Shown piece by piece: positions 57,383 to 64,000 of a DNA stretch of 64,000 nt. Each line of letters opens with the position of its first letter. Position 1 is the stretch's first letter. The stretch comes from Eledone cirrhosa (Eukaryota). Below the pieces are notes generated by a model. It had not been told where the DNA came from. It made no database searches and worked only from the letters and a program-made list of their open reading frames with translations. The DNA is taken from the NCBI GenBank assembly GCA_964016885.1, contig OZ024742.1, positions 268,150,001-268,214,000 on the forward strand. The letters run 5' to 3'. A program made the translations under genes and the position numbers.

Positions 57383-60300
57383 ATTGATCAGATGTAGCTA
57401 TTAGCACAAAGTCAACGAAGGGAAAATGAAACATGTGTCAGTGAAAACGAGGTAAATTGTAACACTTCGAATTCCAGGGTTGGGACGGAATCACTGACAA
57501 CAGAACAAATTAAAGAAAGGATCGATAAAGTGGAGGGAGTGCATGCTCAAGATGAAACTCCAAATGAAAATAATGAGATCGCAAATGATAAAGAAATGAA
57601 TGAGAATGAACTTGCCAACTTGAAGGATGAAATTATGATCGAATGGATGAAATTGAAAGAATCTGACATGGGGCAACGAGACACCCTCCCTAAGATCCAG
57701 AACTCCAAACAGAACCAAAAGATAATACACAAGACTAACATAATTCTCAAAAACATTATCATCACAAACAAACTAAAAATTACTGATTTAAATCATATCT
57801 ATTATGCATCGGCTAAAGTCACCACTCACTTATGTGGAGTGAAGATGAAAAAACAAAGGAATTCCCACAAGAAATCTACTTGGCAAGAGAACATCAATCG
57901 CCAAATAAAGCTTCTCCGATCTGACATAAAAATTTTAACAAACTATAAAGTAGGTGAACATGTTAAACAAACTGAACTTAGAAAATTGAAAAAAAAGTAC
58001 AGTATAAAATCAACAAGTGACATAGACATGCTGATAGAAATAATCAAACAAAAAGTGTCGGCCAAAGCTGCTCGTATAAGGCGCTTTGAAAAACGATCTA
58101 GATTCTATAAGGACAATAATATGTTCAAAATCAACCAAAGAAACTTCTACAGAAAAATTGGTAAGTCAACAATAACTGCTAAATCAATACCACCCAAGGA
58201 GGAAGTGCAAGAATTCTGGGAAAAGATCTGGGCCGAAGAAAAAGTTCATAACATACATGCCCCATGGATAGACAGACAAATGAAAGATACAGCTCACCTT
58301 GAGGAACAAATATAGGAAAATATAACACTTGAACAGTTGCGCTTGGCTCCAAGAAAAACCAGCAAATGGAAATCCCCAGGAAAAGACAAAATACAAAACT
58401 TTTGGATAAATGCCTTCACAGAGTCTCATGAGCTGTTAGCCCAACTTTACAATGAAATAGTTAAGGAGCCAGAAAAGATACCATCATGGCTAGTTAACGG
58501 CATTACATTCCTGCTTCCAAAGAATGATGAGACAAACAATCCCAAAAATAACAGACCGATAACTTGCTTGACCACAATGTATAAAATTTTAACATCAGTC
58601 CTAACTGAATACACATATGACCTCCTGATAACAAATGACCTATTTCCCATTGAGCAGAAAGGGTGTAAACGAGGCTCATATGGCTGTAAGGTTCAGCTTC
58701 TGGTTAACAAAATGATACTGGAAGATTGTCATAATAGACACAAAAATCTATCGATTGCTTGGATAGATTATAAACAAGCATTCGATAGTTTGCCACACAG
58801 TTGGATTGAAAAATGTTTAGAGATTTTCAAAATATCCCCCGTTGTCAGGAGGTTTTTGTCATTCAGTATGAAGACATGGAAAACGACACTCCTTTTGAAT
58901 AGTGAAACAAAATCACTGGAAGCTGGAGAAGTTAATATTAATTGTGGAATTTTTCAGGGTGACTCTTTATCACCGCTTTTATTCTGCATCGCGCTTATAC
59001 CATTGAGTAAAATGCCCAATGAAACAAAACATGGATATAAAGTCTATGACAAAACTACTAATCACCTGTTCTACATGGATGACCTGAAACTATTTGCAAA
59101 AAATGATGAACGATTGCAAGGGCTATTATCCACTGTGAAGCAGTTCAGTGATGCCATTAAAATGGAGTTTGGACTAGATAAATGCGCCAAAGCAACGTTC
59201 ACCAGAGGAAAGCTGCTGAAGAGTTCAGACATTAATCTTGATCGGGGGAACGTGATAAGAGAACTAGATCAAGAAAAAACTTACAAATATCTAGGTGTTT
59301 GTGAAGGAGACGGAATCAAGCACTCGACAATGAGGGAAAGGATAAGGAAGGAATGTTACCGCAGAGTAAGAGCAATCTTAAGAACGGAATTGAATGCAAG
59401 GAATAGGATCGATGCCATAAACACGCTTGCCATACCAGTAGTAACCTACAGTTACAATGTCATCAACTGGTCAAGCACAGAGATCCGTAGGCTCGATACA
59501 AAAATTCGAAAACTCTTAACCATGCACAGAATGCATCACCCTAAGGCAGATATAGATAGAATATATCTCCCTAGGAAAGAAGGAGGACGTTGGTTAATCT
59601 AGTTAGACATTGCGTTGAAAACTGCAACAATCGGATTATCTACATATCTAAGGGAATCACATGATTGGATGATCAAACTCGTTTTGAAACACGAAAGCAT
59701 CAAAAGATCATATTCCATTACAAAAGATGCACAAAGATACAGTAATGGACTACAAATTTCAGAAGTCCCATTTACTGCTGAAATGGAAAACACAGAAAAA
59801 GCAAAGCAGGTAAAAGTAACTGCAAAGAAAGAAATGCTACAGAAACTGGCTAAGAAATGGCAAGAAAAGCCTCTGTATGGAAATACCCAGAGCGAGCTAA
59901 CAATCCTGATGTTGACAAAACTTTAACCCATCAGTGGTTGGCATCCTCTGGACTGAAATCGGAGACTGAAGGACTGATTATATCAGCACAAGATCAGTGT
60001 CTGCCAACAAAAAATTACCAAGCCAACATAATAAAAAATGGATGCAGCCCATTATGCCGTGTATGCAAAAAACAACCAGAGACCATTGACCATATCATTT
60101 CAATGTGCAGTCCTATAGCTCCAACCGAATACCTAAACAGGCATGACAGAGCTGCACAATACATACATTGGATAATGTGTAAGCATTTTGACCTGCCCCA
60201 TCAAAAGAATTGGTGGGAGCATCAACCACCTCCCATACTTGAACAAGATCACATCTCAATCTTGTGGAACTTTAGCATCCAAACAGACCGAAAAATAGAT

Positions 60301-60750
60301 GCAAATAGACCTGATATAATATTGAAGGAGTTTCAAAGGAGGGTATGCCTGCTAATTGATATATCTGTTCCAATAGACAAGAATGTATCTATAAAAACAT
60401 TTGAAAAATTGAGCAAGTATAAGGACCTGGAGATAGAAATTGGAAAAATGTGGAAATTGAGAACTAAAACAATACCAGTGGTTGTAGGCGCTCTGGGAAT
60501 GATACCTAAGGGGTCTAACGACTACTTATCGCAAATCCCAGGAAACCCGCGTATAGGAGAAATACAAAAGATAGTACTAATGGGAACTGCCCATATACTA
60601 AGGAAGATCCTGTCAATATAAGTACATCACAAGTCTAAACACTAAGGATGCATGTGTGAATATGTATGTTCTTTCTTGAACATGGCGGACCTTGAGGTCA
60701 CTGGTTGTGACTTGGTGATAACTCGTATGAACATAAAGCAAGATAAATGC
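57383..60750 (+). mobile_element. Near full-length Dong-B element (RT, CCHC, RLE), disrupted, probably slightly 5'-truncated
   Basis: ORF pieces 57530-58315, 58337-59602, 59615-59926 and 59857-60621 tile an R4-type protein; (AAT)n on both sides. Confidence 0.93.
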
Positions 60751-60751
60751 A

Positions 60752-60781
<30 letters not shown>

Positions 60782-60783
<2 letters not shown>

Positions 60784-63700
60784 AAAACTAAGTCAGACAT
60801 TCGAACACTACATTAAAATGAAACTTATGCTTATTCATTTTGGGGGTCTTTTCTGCCTGTTTGATTGTTTGTTTGTTTGTTTGTTTGTTTGTGTTCGTCT
60901 ACAGCGTGGTGATAATGCCACACAAGAGCCAAGTGGAGCGGCTCAACCACCGGAGACGGTGAATCCACAGATGGTTATGTAACCATACATTCGCCAATCC
61001 TCGATAAGAGTGTTTAAATATCGAACCTAAACAGTTCGAATAACGGTGAAATGGAGACTAGAACGTCATGTGACAGTCTCTCACCCAACAGGTGCTCCCT
61101 GGCTCAGCAGCAGGAACCTGGCTGTCAACCAAATACTGCTGGTGTCGGAGGAAGAAGAAGAAGGAAAGGGACCAGAACCAACTGGACGAAAAAATTGAAT
61201 AGAACTGTTATGCAATGTTACCTGAAAAGTAACCCCAAGGAGAGGGGCTATAGGAGACGGATGCATAACATCTGGAACGAGATTGGTCTATTTAAATTAG
61301 ATGAACAAAAATTGGCCGGGCAGGCTCGGGTAATAAGAACTAATGGGTGGATAAGCGAGCTGGAACTGGAGGAACTGAGCAGAGAGATTAGCTTGGAGAT
61401 GGAGGGTGGAGTATGCCAGGCAAACGAACCAGTGGGAAATGAAGGTGAAGAGGTCGAGAGAACGGAGGAACCACCCGAAGCAGACAATGATCTGAATACT
61501 GAGATAAATAATACCTGGAACAGAGATACGGCCACTGAGGAGATGAATGCTGACGGGCGAGGACAAGATTCGGTTCACATCCTAAATTTAGTGGTAGATG
61601 AATTGAACAATGATAGTGGGAGACCTATGAACCTAAGATTTGTAGACAGGAAAAAGTTAAAAGAAACAACAGCTAAGGTAAAAAAAAGTCATCCCATACC
61701 TTGAGGCGAGGAACCTTCACCAGTGCAACAATATCCTCAAAGCAACAGCAAATACGGTGAGGAAACTACTTGGTATAAAACCGAGAGAAAACAACAGACA
61801 AGAAAGAGCAGAGCCTTGGTGGAAGAAACGACTGAGTGGTCAAATCAGGGAAATGAGAAATGACATTGGAAAAATTGAGTCACTAAAGAATGGGACACTA
61901 AAAAACATAGGCACTAAAAATAGACTGGAAATAAAGTACAAAACTAGGAGGAAAAAGCTAAATATTGTCATAGAGGAACTGAAGCAACGCATTGTAGCAA
62001 AGAGTGCAAAAATCAGGCGATACGAGAACAGAGTCAGTCAGTATAAACAGAACCGCATGTTCGACAATAACCAGACGATGCTGTTTGGACAGCTTGAGGG
62101 GAAAGAAAGAGGCAACGATTTGATCCCTGAGGCGGAACAAACTAAGACATTCTGGAGAGGAATATGGGAGTAGGATGTTAGACATAATGACCAGGCAGGG
62201 TGGATTGAGACAGTACAGATGGAGATCGGTGAGCAGGCACACCAACAAACTGATTTGAGTATCACAGTTGAAACTCTTAAGGGGCAGGCCAAACAACTAA
62301 CCAACTGGAAATCACCAGGCCCAGATGGTGTGCAGGGGTATTGGATTAAAAATATAACATCCCTCCACCCGAAACTGACAACCATGTTCAATGACTGCTT
62401 GATGTCAGGTGAGGTACCAGAGTGGTTGACAAAAGGTACCACAGTTCTGATAATGAAAGACCGAATCAAGGGTAATGATGTTACCAACTATAGACCTATC
62501 ACATGTCTGTCCGTAATGTTGAAACTGTTGACGAGCATTGTGTCTGAGGAAATCTACCATCACCTCCACACAAACAACATGTTACCGGACGAACAGAAAG
62601 GATGCCGAAAGAAGTCACGTGGTACAAAGGACCAGTTACTTATTGATAAGATGGTAATGGGGAATTGCAGGAGGAGACACACTGATCTTGCCATGGGATG
62701 GATAGACTACAGAAAGGCATTTGACATGGTGCCTCATTCTTGCATCACCAAAAGCCTGGAGATCTTCAAGGAGGCAGATAACATCAGACAGTTGTTGGGC
62801 AAGAGTATGAGGTCCTGGGAAACAGAGTTGACATCAACTGGAGAATCCTTGGGAAGCGTGAAGATCAAGAGAGGTATCTTCCAGGGAGATAGCCTGTCCC
62901 CTCTGTTGTTTGTCCTTGCCCTGATGCCCCTGACCAGTGTACTGCGAAAAGTGAGAGCAGGATACGGGTTGGGAAAGGGAGGGCTTACCATCAATCACCT
63001 CCTCTTCATGGACGATCTTAAGCTCTTCGGGAAGAGTGAGAAGGAGTTGGATGTGCTTGTTGACACTGTCCGTATTTTCAGCAGTGGTATATGTATGCAG
63101 TTTGGTATTAGTAAGTGTGGAGTCATTGTGATGAGGAGTGGTATGTTGAGCAGAAGTAACGGAATCCAGATACCAACAGGTGAGATGATAAAGGAAAGTG
63201 ACTCTGAGGAAGGATACAAGTATTGGGGCGTTCTGGAGGCTGATAGCATAAAGAACAAAAAAATGAAGGAATTGTTAAGAACTGAATACATTCGGAGAGT
63301 AAGGAGCGTATTGAAGTCACATCTGAACAGCAGAAATGCCATAAGCGCAGTAAATTAAAGAGCTGTGTCAATTATTAGGTACAGTGTGGGAATTCTGAGA
63401 TGGAATGTTGCTGAACAAAAAGAAATGGATAGGAAGACTAGGAAGCTATTGACTATCTACAACATGTTCCACAAGAGGAGTGATGTCGATAGAATCTACC
63501 TAAGGAGACCTGAGGGTGGAAGAGGTCTTATCAGCATAGAGGACTGTGTTCAGATGGAGAAAAACAACCTACACAAATAAGTGACTGATAGTAAGGAGCC
63601 AATGCTCAGAACTGTACTGAAGGAGGGGACAGTAGGCCAGGGGATGTCCAAGGAGGAAATAACATCAAGGAGAAAGAGCAGCCTTCAGGAAAATCCCTTC

Positions 63701-64000
63701 ATATTACCTTCTTTGAGAAAACTGAATTTAGAGATCCACTGACATGGAACTGGTTGAGAAGAGGAGACCTTAAAAAGGCTACAGAAGGAATGTTAATGGC
63801 TGCGCAGGAGCAGGCCCTCAAAACGAAGTGGTTAAAACACCATATTTACAAGGAGGAGGCTAGCCTACTGTGCAGGATCTGTGGAGAAAGAGAGGAGACT
63901 ATGGCTCACATTGTATCCGAGTGTAAACACCTAGCCCAGACCCACTATAAGGGCTGGAGACGTGATGTGATGGGCAGGGTGATCCACCGGCACCTGTGTA
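60782..64000 (+). mobile_element. Dong-A element with complete 5' end, disrupted, running off the window
   Basis: Collinear with 1896-5080; frameshift near 61685; stops at 62170, 63356 and 63578; preceded by (AAT)n at 60752-60781. Confidence 0.95.

Overview
Eukaryotic, gene-free, repeat-dominated DNA. The tRNA-derived SINE and dense (AT)n/(CA)n tracts suggest a cephalopod (octopus-like); this comes from recall and was not searched. There are two dense arrays of non-LTR retrotransposons (about 1-34,000 and 51,400-64,000), strung along short (AAT)n spacers. All 13 R4/Dong-clade segments (RT + restriction-like endonuclease; families A, B, C) are on +. All 6 Tx1/L1-clade elements (ORF1 + APE-RT) are on -. 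One Dong-A copy (ORF 2134-5526) is intact. The Tx1 copies carry three different ORF1/5'UTR modules. Each has a GTAAGT splice donor overlapping the ORF1 stop; splicing a 52-59 nt micro-intron there would fuse ORF1 to ORF2 in frame. The AT-rich interval (34,500-51,400) holds old LINE/SINE remnants, foldbacks and about ten hammerhead-ribozyme motifs from several small non-coding elements beside (TA)n tracts. These include a 320-bp tandem+inverted retrozyme/Penelope-pLTR-like unit with a U3-A8 core. All alignments and folds were done by eye.
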